A stretch of 64,000 nt of DNA from Pecten maximus (lineage: Eukaryota), in the NCBI RefSeq assembly GCF_902652985.1, contig NC_047018.1, positions 3,968,001 through 4,032,000 on the forward strand, in the 5' to 3' direction. Below the pieces are notes generated by a model, which worked only from the letters and a program-made list of their open reading frames with translations, made no database searches and had not been told where the DNA came from. How positions within the stretch are numbered: position 1 is the first letter of the stretch; each line of letters starts with the position of its first letter. Shown here in pieces: positions 38,444 to 53,339 of the stretch. Both the position numbers and the translations under genes were made by a program.

Positions 38444-40985
38444 ATGTCTACTGTCGTCGTATGTCTACTGTCGCCCATTGTCCTGTCGCCCAATGTCTAC
38501 TGTCGTCCTATGTCTGCTGTCGCCCTATGTCTGCTGTCGCCCATTGTTCTGTCGCCCCTTTGACTGCTGTCGCCCATTGTCCTGTCGCCCCTTTGTCTGC
38601 TGTCGCCCATTGTCCTGTCGCCCTATGTCTACTGTCGCCCTTTGTCTGCTGTCGCCCTATGTCTGCTGTTGCCCATTGTCCTGTTGCCCCTTTGTCTGCT
38701 GTCGCCCATTGTCCTGTCGCCCCTTTATCTGCTGTCGCCCATTGTCCTGTCGCCCCTTTGTCTGCTGTCGCCCATTGTCCTGTCGCCCTATGTCTGCTGT
38801 CGCCCTTTGTCCTGTCGCCCTATGCCTACTGTCGTCTTATGTCTGCTGTCGCCCATTGTCCTATCGCCCTATGTCTGCTGTCGCCCATTGTCTTGTCACC
38901 CTTTGTCTGCTGTCGCCCATTGTCATGTCGCCCCTTTGTGTGCTGTCGCCCATTGTCTTGTCTCCCTTTGTCTGCTGTCGCCCATTGTCCTTTCGCCCTT
39001 ATGTCTGCTGTCGCCCATTGTCCTGTCGCCCTATGTCTGCTGTCGCCCATTGTCTTGTCGCCCTTTGTCTGCTGTCGCCCATTATCCTGTCGCCCCTTTG
39101 TCTGCTGTCGCCCATTGTCCTGTCGCCACTTTGTGTGCTGTCGCCCATTGTCTTGTCTCCCTTTGTCTGCTGTCGCCCATTGTCTTGTCTCCCTTTGTCT
39201 GCTGTCGCCCATTGTCCTGTCGCCCTATGTCTGCTGTCGCCCATTGTCCTGTCGCCCCTTTGTCTGCTGTCGCCCATTGTCCTGTCGTCCCTTTGTCTGC
39301 TGTCGCCCATTGTCCTGTCGCCCCTTTGTCTGCTGTCGCCCATTGTCCTGTCGCCCTATGTCTGCTGTCGCCCTTTGTCCTGTCGCCCTATGCCTACTGT
39401 CGTCTTATGTCTGCTGTCGCCCATTGTCCTATCGCCCTATGTCTGCTGTCGCCCATTGTCTTGTCACCCTTTGTCTGCTGTCGCCCATTGTCATGTCGCC
39501 CCTTTGTGTGCTGTCGCCCATTGTCTTGTCTCCCTTTGTCTGCTGTCGCCCATTGTCCTTTCGCCCTTATGTCTGCTGTCGCCCATTGTCCTGTCGCCCT
39601 ATGTCTGCTGTCGCCCATTGTCTTGTCGCCCTTTGTCTGCTGTCGCCCATTATCCTGTCGCCCCTTTGTCTGCTGTCGCCCATTGTCCTGTCGCCACTTT
39701 GTGTGCTGTCGCCCATTGTCTTGTCTCCCTTTGTCTGCTGTCGCCCATTGTCTTGTCTCCCTTTGTCTGCTGTCGCCCATTGTCCTGTCGCCCTATGTCT
39801 GCTGTCGCCCATTGTCCTGTCGCCCCTTTGTCTGCTGTCGCCCATTGTCCTGTCGTCCCTTTGTCTGCTGTCGCCCATTGTCCTGTCGCCCTATGTCTGC
39901 TGTCGCCCATTGTCCTGTTGCCCAATGTCTACTGTCGTCCTATGTCTGCTGTCGACCTATGTCTGCTGTCGCCCATTGTTCTGTCGCCCCTTTGACTGCT
40001 GTCGCCCATTGTCCTGTCGCCCCTTTGTCTGCTGTCGCCCATTGTCTTGTCTCCCTTTGTCTACTGTCGCCCTTTGTCTGCTGTCGCCCTATGTCTGCTG
40101 TTGCCCATTGTCCTGTTGCCCCTTTGTCTGCTGTCGCCCATTGTCCTGTCGCCCCTTTATCTGCTGTCGCCCATTGTCCTGTCGCCCTATGTCTGCTGTC
40201 GCCCATTGTCCCGTCGCCCTATGTCTGCTGTCGCCCTTTGTCCTGTCGCCCTATGCCTACTGTCGTCTTATGTCTGCTGTCGCCCATTGTCCTATCGCCC
40301 TATGTCTGCTGTCGCCCATTGTCTTGTCACCCTTTGTCTGCTGTCGCCCATTGTCATGTCGCCCTATGTATGCTGTAGCCCATTGTCCTGTCGCCCCTTT
40401 GTGTGCTGTCGCCCATTGTCTTGTCTCCCTTTGTCTGCTGTCGCCCATTGTCCTTTCGCCCTATGTCTGCTGTTGCCCATTGTCCTGTCGCCCTATGTCT
40501 GCTGTCGCCCTTTGTCCTGTCGCCCTATGCCTACTGTCGTCTTATGTCTGCTGTCGCCCATTGTCCTGTCGCCCTATGTCTGCTGTCGCCCATTGTCTTG
40601 TCACCCTTTGTCTGCTGTCGCCCATTGTCATGTCGCCCTATGTATGCTGTTGCCCATTGTCCTGTCGCCTCTTTGTGTGCTGTCGCCCATTGTCTTGTCT
40701 CCCTTTGTCTGCTGTCGCCCATTGTCCTGTCGCCCTATGTCTGCTGTCGCCCATTGTCCTGTCGCCCCTTTGTCTGCTGTCGCCCATTGTCCTGTCGTCC
40801 CTTTGTCTGCTGTCGCCCATTGTCCTGTCGCCCTATGTCTGCTGTCGCCCATTGTCCTGTCGCCCTATGTCTGCTGTCGCCCATTGTCCTGTCGCCCTAT
40901 GTCTACTGTCGCCCATTGTCGTGTCGCCCCTGTCTGCTGTCGCCCATTGTCTGCTGTCGTCCTTTGTCTGCTGTCGTCCCTCTTT
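38444..40985. repeat. ~32-33-bp compound minisatellite (TGTCTGCTGTCGCCCAT + TGTCCTGTCGCCC[C]T[A/T])
   Basis: Two related half-units; A-poor + strand, which explains long ORFs in all three + frames. Confidence 0.95.
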
Positions 40986-41101
40986 ATCTACTTATGTATA
41001 ACACTACCTTATTGAGGTGATGGACATTTTCCCTATAAACACGTGTCTGTAATTGTGATATTGTGAGCTATATTTTGCAAAGTAACAGTACATTGTTTAT
41101 G

Positions 41102-42110
41102 TGTCACAATGTGTATTTGTCACAATGTGTATTTGTCACAATGTGTATATGTCACAATGTGTATATGTCACAATGTGTATTTGTTACAATGTGTATATGT
41201 CACAATGTGTATTTGTCACAATGTGTATTTGTCACAATGTGTATATGTCACAATGTGTATATGTCACAATGTGTATTTGTTACAATGTGTATATGTCACA
41301 ATGTGTATATGTTACAATGTATATTTGTTACAATGTATATTTATTACAATGTGTATTTGTCACAATGTGTATATGTCACAATGTGTATATGTCACAATGT
41401 GTATATGTTACAATGTGTATTTGTTACAATGTGTATTTGTCACAATGTGTATTTGTCACAATGTGTATATGTCACAATGTGTATTTGTCACAATGTGTAT
41501 TTGTTACAATGTGTATTTGTTACAATGTGTATTTGTCACAATGTGTATTTGTCACAATGTGTATATGTCACAATGTGTATTTGTCACAATGTGTATTTGT
41601 CACAATGTGTATTTGTCACAATGTGTATTTGTCACAATGTGTATATGTCACAATGTGTATTTGTCACAATGTGTATTTGTTACAATGTATATTTGTTACA
41701 ATGTATATTTATTACAATGTGTATTTGTCACAATGTGTATATGTCACAATGTGTATATGTCACAATGTGTATATGTTACAATGTATATTTGTTACAATGT
41801 ATATTTATTACAATGTGTATTTGTCACAATGTGTATATGTCACAATGTGTATATGTCACAATGTGTATATGTTACAATGTGTATTTGTTACAATGTGTAT
41901 TTGTTACAATGTATATTTGTCACAATGTGTATTTGTTACAATGTATATTTGTTACAATGTGTATTTGTCACAATGTGTATTTGTTACAATGTGTATATGT
42001 TACAATGTGTATATGTCACAATGTGTATATGTCACAAAGTGTATATGTTACAATGTGTATATGCTACAATGTGTATATGTCACAATGTGTATTTGTCACA
42101 ATGTGTATGT
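41102..42110. repeat. 17-bp minisatellite (TGT[C/T]ACAATGTGTAT[T/A]), about 59 copies
   Basis: Period 17. Confidence 0.96.
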
Positions 42111-42889
42111 GTAACCATATAGTTAGAGTAACCCTACATTGGGTGGTACTCTAGTTGGTTCTCATGTTTTGTGATAACATGTGCGTTTTGATAAATATTG
42201 TCAATGAAGATGTCATCTTTATTACTGGCGTTGAGATGACTTTTCTCTTTTTCTCGCTCTGCTCTAGATCTGTATTGAAGTACAAGTGTTTTACGACGCC
42301 AACGTGTGTATATAACAGAGAAATAATATTTATAGTAACATTGTACTGGTACACTGAGATAGGACAGGGATAATCTACTTATTGTTTATGTCGGTCTGTC
42401 ACTTTGACGTGAAGTCAATAAAAAGTACATACTCATTTACAAACACCGAGATTTAACACGGATGATATATGACAGCTCTTTAGAGACGACCACACCAATA
42501 CATACATTGTACGATCTCCTATGTTTTTTTTAGAGAAATTCAGAGCAATACCAATACATGTCACCCCCTATCTTGCTGAGAAAATAGAGAAAAGATACGA
42601 TCCAAAAGTTTTTTCCTTCCTAATGTCTCCCTTGACCTCTTGCCGATACATACAAGTCTTAATGTATTCTTACTTAATATTTAGTATTTTGAGAATGGAA
42701 CTATCGATTGATTCGCCCATTGTCGGTATAATGTGTCTGAGTGTGTTTTACTGGGTTACTTCGATAGTGTATTTCAATGGGGTTGCACTATAAAATAGAC
42801 GTTGATTTCCGTGGTAACACAAGGAAACAAACGCGAACCACCCAAAACATACAAAAATCCACCACATTCCTGCAGCCCACACTCCGGGG

Positions 42890-42953
42890 AGGCCGGCCTA
42901 AGATGACTTTAACAATGATCGAACGTTAAACGATTTAAATCCAAACCAAAACC
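42890..42953 (+). mobile_element. Possible SINE 3' tail remnant
   Basis: gatgactttaacaatgatcgaacgttaaac...aaatccaaaccaaaacc resembles the molluscan SINE end motif (gacgttaaac plus AAACC repeats); no head recognised. Confidence 0.35.
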
Positions 42954-43325
42954 TTTGGATTAATGTGTTCTGATGTAGCAGTTTATAAGAGATCCCACGA
43001 GTCGTCAAAAGTATCCGTCTTCATATCTTATAAGGAAACAACAATATTCACGAATGAAATCATGACGGGGACCCTAAGTTTTATAGCATTTACCGACAGA
43101 GATCTCTTGATATCACGTAATGTTTGTCAGCAGTCGACATCCGGTAGGAAACACATTCAATACTAAAATATCATCTGAGACATACAAATGTCTTATCGGG
43201 GATTGAACTATCATGAAAAAGAAAGTTCTCAATAGGAAAATCGGAATGTCATATTTCTAGACTTGCAGCAGTCCCGACTTTTGGCCCTAGGGGAGTTGGA
43301 TAAAATGTCTTTCACAATAATGTTT

Positions 43326-43850
43326 TTTATTGCATTTTTGCCAGTGAAATATAGAAATTTATCAAACTAATAAAACTTAAATTTTCACTGCAGCGATTAG
43401 CAGTGAAAATAAAAGATTTTGCAGTGAAAATATAAGTTTTTCTGTTTTTGACCAATCAGAGCGGACCTTTGTATTCACCTCGTTGAAACTTGCCGATTTT
43501 TTCAGTCGAATCGGAGATAGATAAATTGGTTGTTTTGCTGTATTTCTGAAATTTTCAGACTAGTTTTTGACAAAATACTCACTTGACGTTAGCTATTCAT
43601 GCACAGATTATCCTATAACTGCAGAAAACTCTTAAATATGCTATGATCAGTCCTTTCAAAATGGCACCGTCAAGTTGACGTTGAGTAACATCACAAAGAG
43701 ATGACGTCATTACTGATTCCCGCACTTTTTGACACTATTAATTTATTATTTCACTCGTATGACAGAATATTTCGATATTTTTCACTCGTGCTTCGCACTC
43801 GTGAAAATATCGATATTTTGTCATACTCGTGAAACATTCAATATCCTCTA
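43326..43850 (+). mobile_element. Dispersed non-autonomous element, copy C (hairpin-ended family)
   Basis: Homologous to 1591-2064; intact terminal hairpin gtatgacagaatatttcgatatttttcac-tcgtgcttcgcactc-gtgaaaatatcgatattttgtcatac; ends ATATCCTCTA. Confidence 0.82.
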
Positions 43851-45490
43851 TACATGTATATCTAATGGCAGTAAGTCTTTAAGTAAAGTCAAATAATAAG
43901 GCAATAACCTTGCTACCTGCGTCAGAAGCTTTTAGATAAAAACAAAAATATACACACGAAACTACAACATTTGAAGTATTTTAGAATGAAACGGCAAGAA
44001 TGGGTTGAATATTTGATAGGTTTGGTGTAATGATCTTCTGGCTGACTACTGACATAGAGATGGGAACAAATAAGCTTCTCTCTCGGCCAACTTGTTTTGT
44101 CGATTTATAGTTGGTGTAACCTCTTCTACATTTTCCTTACTTTCTATACCTGCAACGTTGCCAACAGGGACAGTTTTCTATCAAGCTGTGTGGTGGTTTA
44201 AATTTTTGTTATTATTTTTTCTTTACCAAGGGTAACATAAAAATGTACATGCTTTCCCAGACTTATACCGTCTATATAACGGCTGATCGATATCGACGGA
44301 ATATGTACTGGATGAAGACTACGGAATAAAAATGTTTCTTGGTTTCTTGATCCTCATAATGATTTTATTTCAAAATATATATGTATTTTTTATACAGCTC
44401 GATGGTTCTATTGGCAATATCATTGTTCTTTTTTTAAGATACGTGGTATTGAGGAACATATGTATATATATACACTGTATGGTTCTTGCCTTTGAAGTAG
44501 AAGACGTCACTTCCGGAATACCTTTGTATGGTCCTTGTACCTAGAATCGAATCACTGTTTTGTTTACATTTTGATGAGATTTCTAGTTGTTTATTATAAC
44601 ATTTAATTTCTTATGAAGGGATAAGTGACGTACAAAAACACTATAATTGGGAAATATTGAAAATGGTTTTCAGTCGAACTGGAAAATATACACTTGTATA
44701 CTTAAACAAAACATCACTGTACTATAAAGACCAATGTAATTACCGAGTATTTAACAGAAATGTTGCTGTTCCCCTTCCATGGCACTAGGTAGGGGAAAAT
44801 GAGCGTGTATATGCCAACCTATCTATCGGGCTAACAATTAGTACTTCTAAATTCCTCTCCGCATGTCTTCATTGTTCAAGCGTCCGATCCAAACTGATGA
44901 TTGGAACGAGCCATTTTATTGGTCAAAAGTTCATTATCTAATGTTGTTATGGCGACAGAGTGGAGACCGTACGCTACCTTACTGACATACAGAGAATAAC
45001 TTCTCTCACTTTCTGCCTTAATACCAGAAAATATATTTTATTTACAAAGACAGCAAACTAAATTCTGTTGAAAAGAAGGAGTGGTTCACACGATTCCAAC
45101 ATTCAATCTAAACGAAGTAAACAACTGCAGACCAGTTCCGCCAGCTTGACGACGGAATGGAACAATACCATACCACAGAGCTTACTGTCAGAAAACCCAG
45201 AAACATAACAAGTAATAACACAAATTATCATTGGAACTGGCCGGGCAGCGCAATGACGCAATGTCACGATAAAAAATGTTTTTTTTAACATCCAGACAAA
45301 ACATCCTTCGTGCTTCTGACGTATATTATGCCAGGTTGGTATTTGTTTACTCATGTGTGTCCCTTCGTCTTCGTAAATCTTTAAGGTCATAAAACATTAT
45401 CGAATGTCGTACCGCTTACGATCACTTAATTCAAATTTAGGTCATATACAATGTAGCAGGTAAATCTCACCTTTTTCTGTTTCATAATTA

Positions 45491-45810
45491 TATATGGTAT
45501 CAGGTCAATGACAGTGGGTACGGAGATTGATCGTATGACCTTATATGGTATAAGGTCAATGACAGTGGGCACGGAGATGGATCCTATGACCTTATATGGT
45601 ATCAGGTCAATGACAGTGGGCACAGAAATGGATCCTATGACCTTATATGGTATCAGGTCAATGACAGTGGACACGGAAATGAATCGTATGACCTTATATG
45701 GTATCAAGTCAATGACAGTGGGCACAGAGATGGAGTTATGACCTTATATGGTATCAGGTCAATGACAGTGGGCACAGAGATGGAGTGTATGAACTTATAT
45801 GGTATTAGGT
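45491..45810. repeat. 51-bp minisatellite (TATATGGTATCAGGTCAATGACAGTGGGCAC...TATGACCT), about 6 copies
   Basis: Period 51. Confidence 0.92.
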
Positions 45811-47749
45811 GTTTTAAACACTTTACGTCATTAGTATTACTTGTATAGTATTACGACTTTCACAGAAATACAGACACAAAAACAATCACAGATAGCTGAA
45901 TAAAAGATCAGGCAACATATAGAATATCTATCAAGGGGCATGTAGATATAATGTACATACCAATATTGAAAAATAAAAATTGACCATACAAAATTATGCT
46001 TATATACCATAATCCAAAACAATACGAAATAGTATTTTAGAATTGACTCTGTAAGGATGGTTTTACGTGGCCCTGAAATGAACATGGCTATGTGAATGAT
46101 GCTCTGTGAAATCCCGACATAGAGTTGAGATCCACTTGACATTAGTTCAAGGTGTTAATGTTTCTATTTTTACTGGTCTACAGTGCGAACTGCTAAATTA
46201 ACAAAATGGCTACACCCCCGTTAATTTCCGCTTTACGTTGGTTACTCTGAGGAAATAGAATGTCATGCCAATTATATATCAATGAGGTAGTCATTATCAC
46301 CATACCGTGTATAATCGGAATTACTCGCGCTTGCCTTGCACGAGCATTACATGCCCGTGGCTTTCGGACTCACCACCCTCGCACACCAATCATGTTATGT
46401 CAAGTTATCACTTCAATACTAATGTCACAAAGTTACCGAATATCCGTTACATAACAGTGACCTTCAGAAGGGCAAGGTCCGAGAGAATACGGATTTCCTG
46501 GAACACCTTACTTGTATCGGTAAAATTCCTTTTTTACGTACATAATTATATATCTTAGGAACGAACGCAAACCGAAAATGTTCTACTAATTCAAACAGTT
46601 GCAAAACACAAGGGCATTTGCGTAGGCGTCCGGGCACCGTTGACGCTGGAGCTGAGTTGACGGCTTCAAATATGTTCTTTTTGGCGTTTCGTAAGCAGGC
46701 TAAGTTATGGACACCCGTATAAACCACTAGGGACGGACTCACGATTAATTCCGATGCCGTTTTTGATGAAAATTGACATGCATGTCCATGGAATAAAGAG
46801 TCATCCTTTCTCTTAACGTGAAAAGAGTATGGAGCTAAGGGGATATTAACATACATTACAGGTAGTAGCATGAGTACAGATGTTCAACCATTGTTATTAC
46901 AGCACGCATGTGTTATTGGCCACTAATCGTCTTCATATAGTATAAACAGTGATTCTAGTCAATGTAATGATGGTTATACAACAAACATTAGGACTTGTCT
47001 CCAAATCTATTCTCGTCCTTAATTCCCGTCATTCGGCGAGTTTTATTGTCGGGATCAAAAAGTAAGTAATTATCATTGGAGTTGTGCCAATAAAGCATCA
47101 ACCAGTATGGAAAGTGAGCTCACATTTGAATTAGGAACTGAACATAAGCACAGGAGTTGAATTAGGTTACGAGAGCAACGTCTTGAATAATGGAACAAAT
47201 TCAGAGCCAGAAGCCACGAGAAGATTTCGGAAACAATGCATCATCACCAGTTTATTTTGGTGGGGAGCACGGAGAGACTGAGAAAACGCTACAAAAGTCG
47301 TAAATAACGAAGGTCCAAAGCTGAAGTTGAGGATAACGTACTGCAGCATTCTCAGATCTGATTTATACCTGTCAACATAAAATACACACAATCGTTATTT
47401 ATGTCAATTCTGCAGCATCATAAATGACTTTCGCGATGCGTCTTTCAAATAACTCAAATAATTTATCTCGGATGTTCTGTGAGTAACAATAGCACATGTG
47501 TTTGTGGGGTGTAAATAAATGTTACGATACGAGTCGTCCTGAATGAATTTTAGACATAACTCATTTCTTATTGGTATATCCGTATCAACTTCTAAAATAG
47601 CTATGACTACGTAACGTTATATAGGTAAGCTATTATGGAGTAGAAAGAGGTTATGCAGAGGAATGAAGAACTGCTCTACATACTGGTATTTCATACTTCT
47701 AAGGAAGTATGATGTTTGAACGCTTGCTACCTTATCATACAATGGTGTC

Positions 47750-50700
47750 GGAGATAGGCTAACGACTGATGTGGACTGAATTGGTCTACACACGGTATTC
47801 CATTATGTTAGAGACAGACGTACGACTGGTGTGTACTGAATTGGTCTACACACGGTATTCCATTATGTTAGAGACAGACGTACGACTGGATGTGTACTGA
47901 ATTGGTCTACACACGGTATTCCATTATGTTAGAGAGTTAGGCTTACGACTGATGTGGACTGAATTGGTCTACACAAGGTATTCCATTATGTTAGAGACAG
48001 ACGTACGACTGGTGTGTACTGAATTGGTCTACACAAGGTATTCCATTATGTTAGAGACAGACGTACGACTGGTGTGTACTGAATTGGTCTACACAAGGTA
48101 TTCCATTATGTTAGAGACAGACTTACGACTGATGTGGACTGAATTGGTCTACACAAGGTATTCCATTATGTTAGAGATAGGCTTACGACTGATGAGGACT
48201 GAATTGGTCTACACAAGGTATTCCATTATGTTAGAGACAGACTTACGACTGATGGACTGAATTGGTCTACACACGGTATTCCATTATGTTAGAGAAAGGC
48301 TTACGACTGGTGTGTACTGAATTGGTCTACACAAGGTATTCCATTATGTTAGAGATAGGCTTACGACTGGTGTGTACTGAATTGGTCTACACAAGGTATT
48401 CCATTATGTTAGAGATAGGCTGTGGACTGGTGTGGACTGAATTGGTCTACACAAGGTATTCCATTATGTTAGAGACAGACTTACGACTGATGGACTGAAT
48501 TGGTCTACACAAGGTATTCCATTATGTTAGAGACAGACTTACGATTGATGTGGACTGAATTGGTCTACACAAGGTATTCCATTATGTTAGAGAGATAGGC
48601 TTACGACTGGTGTGTACTGAATTGGTCTACACAAGGTATTCCATTATGTTAGAGATAGGCTGTGGACTGGTGTGGACTGAATTGGTCTACACAAGGTATT
48701 CCATTATGTTAGAGACAGACTTACGACTGATGGACTGAATTGGTCTACACAAGGTATTCCATTATGTTAGAGACAGACTTACGATTGATGTGGACTGAAT
48801 TGGTCTACACAAGGTATTCCATTATGTTAGAGACTTACGACTGATGTGGACTGAATTGGTCTACACACGGTATTCCATTATGTTAGAGATAGACTAACGA
48901 CTGTTGTGGACTGATTTGGTCTACACACGGTATTCCATTATGTTAGAGATAGGCTTACGACTGATGTGGACTGAATTGGTCTACACACGGTATTCCATTA
49001 TGTTAGAGATAGGCTGTGGACTGGTGTGGACTGAATTGGTCTACACACGGTATTCCATTATGTTAGAGACCGACTTACGACTGATGTGGACTGAATTGGT
49101 CTACACAAGGTATTCCATTATGTTAGAGATAGACTTACGACTGGTGTGGACTGAATTGGTCTACACAAGGTATTCCATTATGTTAGAGATAGACTTACGA
49201 CTGATGGACTGAATTGGTCTACACAAGGTATTCCATTATGTTAGAGACAGACTTACGACTGGTGTGTACTGAATTGGTCTACACATGGTATTCCATTATG
49301 TTAGAGATAGACTTACGACTGATGTGGACTGAATTGGTCTACACAAGGTATTCCATTATGTTAGAGACAGACGTACGACTGGTGTGTACTGAATTGGTCT
49401 ACACAAGGTATTCCATTATGTTAGAGACAGACTTACGACTGATGTGGACTGAATTGGTCTACACAAGGTATTCCATTATGTTAGAGATAGGCTTACGACT
49501 GATGAGGACTGAATTGGTCTACACAAGGTATTCCATTATGTTAGAGACAGACTTACGACTGATGGACTGAATTGGTCTACACACGGTATTCCATTATGTT
49601 AGAGAAAGGCTTACGACTGGTGTGTACTGAATTGGTATACACAAAGTATTCCATTATGTTAGAGATAGGCTTACGACTGGTGTGTACTGAATTGGTCTAC
49701 ACAAGGTATTCCATTATGTTAGAGATAGGCTGTGGACTGGTGTGGACTGAATTGGTCTACACAAGGTATTCCATTATGTTAGAGACAGACTTACGACTGA
49801 TGGACTGAATTGGTCTACACAAGGTATTCCATTATGTTAGAGACAGACTTACGACTGATGTGGACTGAATTGGTCTACACAAGGTATTCCATTATGTTAG
49901 AGAGATAGGCTTACGACTGGTGTGTACTGAATTGGTCTACACAAGGTATTCCATTATGTTAGAGATAGGCTTACGACTGGTGTGGACTGAATTGGTCTAC
50001 ACAAGGTATTCCATTATGTTAGAGACAGACTTACGACTGATGGACTGAATTGGTCTACACAAGGTATTCCATTATGTTAGAGACAGACTTACGACTGATG
50101 TGGACTGAATTGGTCTACACAAGGTATTCCATTATGTTAGAGAAAGGCTTACGACTGATGTGGACTGAATTGGTCTACACACGGTATTCCATTATGTTAG
50201 AGATAGACTAACGACTGTTGTGGACTGATTTGGTCTACACACGGTATTCCATTATGTTAGAGATAGGCTTACGACTGATGTGGACTGAATTGGTCTACAC
50301 ACGGTATTCCATTATGTTAGAGATAGGCTGTGGACTGGTGTGGACTGAATTGGTCTACACACGGTATTCCATTATGTTAGAGACCGACTTACGACTGATG
50401 TGGACTGAATTGGTCTACACAAGGTATTCCATTATGTTAGAGATAGACTTACGACTGGTGTGGACTGAATTGGTCTACACAAGGTATTCCATTATGTTAG
50501 AGATAGACTTACGACTGATGGACTGAATTGGTCTACACAAGGTATTCCATTATGTTAGAGACAGACTTACGACTGGTGTGTACTGAATTGGTCTACACAT
50601 GGTATTCCATTATGTTAGAGATAGACTTACGACTGATGGACTGAATTGGTCTACACAAGGTATTCCATTATGTTAGAGATATACTTACGACTGATGTGTA
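47750..50700. repeat. 60-bp minisatellite (GGACTGAATTGGTCTACACA[A/C]GGTATTCCATTATGTTAGAGACAGACTTACGACTGATGT), about 49 copies
   Basis: Period 60 with 58/62/56-bp variants; conserved ~40-bp core plus a variable ~20-bp segment. Confidence 0.97.
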
Positions 50701-53339
50701 CTTGTCAACATGCGATATTAAAATATCTGTATGATTTCATATTTCCCTAGTAAATGACAATGTGAATTATATTGTATTGTTTTCAATCCCCGTTCCGCTT
50801 TGTAGCATTACATGTGAGGAGATATATGTTTATTGTGCGTTGTGCAATCGGTATTTTATATATTATAATGGAATTTTATTTAGAATTAAAATCTACGGAG
50901 CACAAAAAAGATCAATGTTCGAATTTAAAAGAGATATTTAAGCATCATGAACTTGTACCAAAATTTTCAAAATTGCGCTAAATCAAAAGCGACGTATGAT
51001 ATTAGAAAGGAGACTGTTCTGTAACAGTAGATGGATTGTGTTTCTATCTCTCCATCTATCCACGATCAGAATGACGAAAACGTTACTGACACCTATGACT
51101 GTATGTTTATGTAATAGCAGACGCTTCTGTTTTCTGTTATTTCCTACTTCAAAAGAAATCGTATGACATACGAATACTTGACACCTGATACAATGGTAAA
51201 CATTGAGATAGGCTACTGGATGATGTGACCGGTCTACACACAATGTTTAATTTTCGTCAGAAATACAACGGTAGCCTGAGTAGAAAGATTATACGTACTA
51301 CCAACGAAATGTAATTTATATTGTATTATTATCTACCCTCGTTCAGGTCGACACAGTAGTTTATCATTTAGAGGCAAGAATATTTACCAAAGGTGTCATT
51401 TTCATGGGTTGTTATCGACCTTAAGGGAGGTAAATGATTGTTTTATAGTACGCACAATGAACACGATAACAAAGCACGCGCATTGTCTGGCCATATTTGA
51501 CCATGTGGATATTCTGTGTAAGGAAGATATTGCCCGAGCCCAACAGAAAGAATTGAAATGTCTATTGAGTAACGTTGTCGCTTTGTGGGATGAGGGCTGT
51601 ATGAGGCCAATGGGCATCATAAATGTGGGAGAGGCTTTAATATGAGATGAATTATTTATATAAAGACATATATGTATTAAAACCATGTATATTAGAAACG
51701 ATTCCATAGTATAATAATGTACACTATATTAAATGGAACATAAGTGTTATACTTAAATTGTTGAAATGTAAAAAGGGCAAACAAAGGGATAATCACTGGT
51801 GTCAATTGAACAGATGGTATTATCACAGGTTTGGGAAAAGGGCCACGCGTTATATTAGATATATTAGATAGGGAGAGACTTAACTATATCTAGTAAATGA
51901 AGACATTACCACCACAGCATCACTGATTTTCCAGCCATGACTTAGACTAGCTATAGGTGCCTTTCTACTTTCACTGAGCTGAGATATTCACTTTTTAAAA
52001 TCAGCTTCTTTTAATTACAAAAACAGACGATCCGAAGTGTCTAAAAATGCATGCCAGAAGGGAAGTCCCAATTTCGTGTTTTTTTTCTAACAATCCATCG
52101 GAGTATATATTTATACTCATGACTTGATTACTTCTCAATCCCTATGTACTATCATCAACATTACCCTAAAAATCAAGTCAATTTAGGTATAATGCTACTT
52201 TAGATACGTCAGTACACATGTATTTCTTTACCACCTTAAATTATAACACTGTCTGCATGTGTAGTAATCCTGTATAGATTATTGTAACCCCCTTCATTCA
52301 TTGTTTTCTTTATCTTAACCAAACCCATTATCCTATAATTCCATTCTCCTTCTGAGTGATGCTATTCTTCTGAATATACAAACAGTACTGAGTGACTACA
52401 GCTATCCGGGGTTCAGACCATACTACCGCTCAATGCTTTGGTACAGAATGTTCATGATATCACTAAAGTAAATAACTATCGTGAGCCAACAGAGGTCTTA
52501 GTTTGGTTACTTTGTAATCATGAGAGTAGGTATTGTGTACTTTATGCGTCCTAGGGTCAGTATAGTATTTATTAAATGTCTGAGGCAAGTCATACGAAAA
52601 AATATTAAAGATACATATATATATACCTTATACTATATGTACCTAATCGAGGATACCTTACTGAAGTATTTCTACAACCTCAGATATAAGTCTCTTTGAC
52701 GAGTCTCCTAACATTGATTTTAATTACAAGTGTTCCGATTCCGATCGACCACTTCGTGATGGTTAGCTATATGCTGCGTTTTGTCGCTTTAATCTGGTGA
52801 TAGCAAAAGTAAAGCTTTTCAGGAACATAACATTATTTCTCTCATGGATGAAAAGCCGAGCATTTCGTAACTCTCCATAGTATACTTACTACTGACATAC
52901 CGTTATCCCAATGATGATTTGTGTCGGTGTGTGATAGCAAACTACAGAATGTCCCAAGTTCTCTGTGGCCCCAGGCCAGGCACAGTTCTGGTACCAAGGT
53001 CAAAGAATAGTCTTACTACCAAGGGACGCGATTACATCAAGACAACACTATGTGATTTCCCTCGCCTGTTATACAAATGTGTACCTTTTCGTCGTCTCAT
53101 TTATGTAAATCGTTTCGAACGATTGATTCCGTTTGTGATCGAATGAAATGAAGATTTCGTATCTAAAATATAACTAGCATTGTATGATCAGCCACCATAA
53201 GCTTGGCGCTTTTAATTCTGAATCCATCTCGAGTCGAGCATTCGTGTACAATCATGGCTTTTCTGATAATTGATGTCAAATGAATATTGTATTTTTCTGA
53301 GGAAAACCCACAAACCATTTTTAACTTAATTATAAGACT

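Noticed and set aside
38229-41020. Cys-rich keratin-associated or metallothionein-like proteins
   Set aside because: All three + frames are open because the strand is A-poor, and frequent 1-bp indels swap frames; this is a repeat artefact.
41063-42154. CxC/His-rich metal-binding ORFs
   Set aside because: These are translations of a stop-free 17-bp repeat cycling through all frames.
46464-47391. Minus-strand ORFs of 135 and 74 aa, one with an acceptor-like site
   Set aside because: No recognisable domain or motif; cannot be supported without a database search.
47750-50700. CRISPR-like repeat/spacer array
   Set aside because: The variable segments are alleles of one sequence, not unique spacers; there are no cas genes and the context is eukaryotic.
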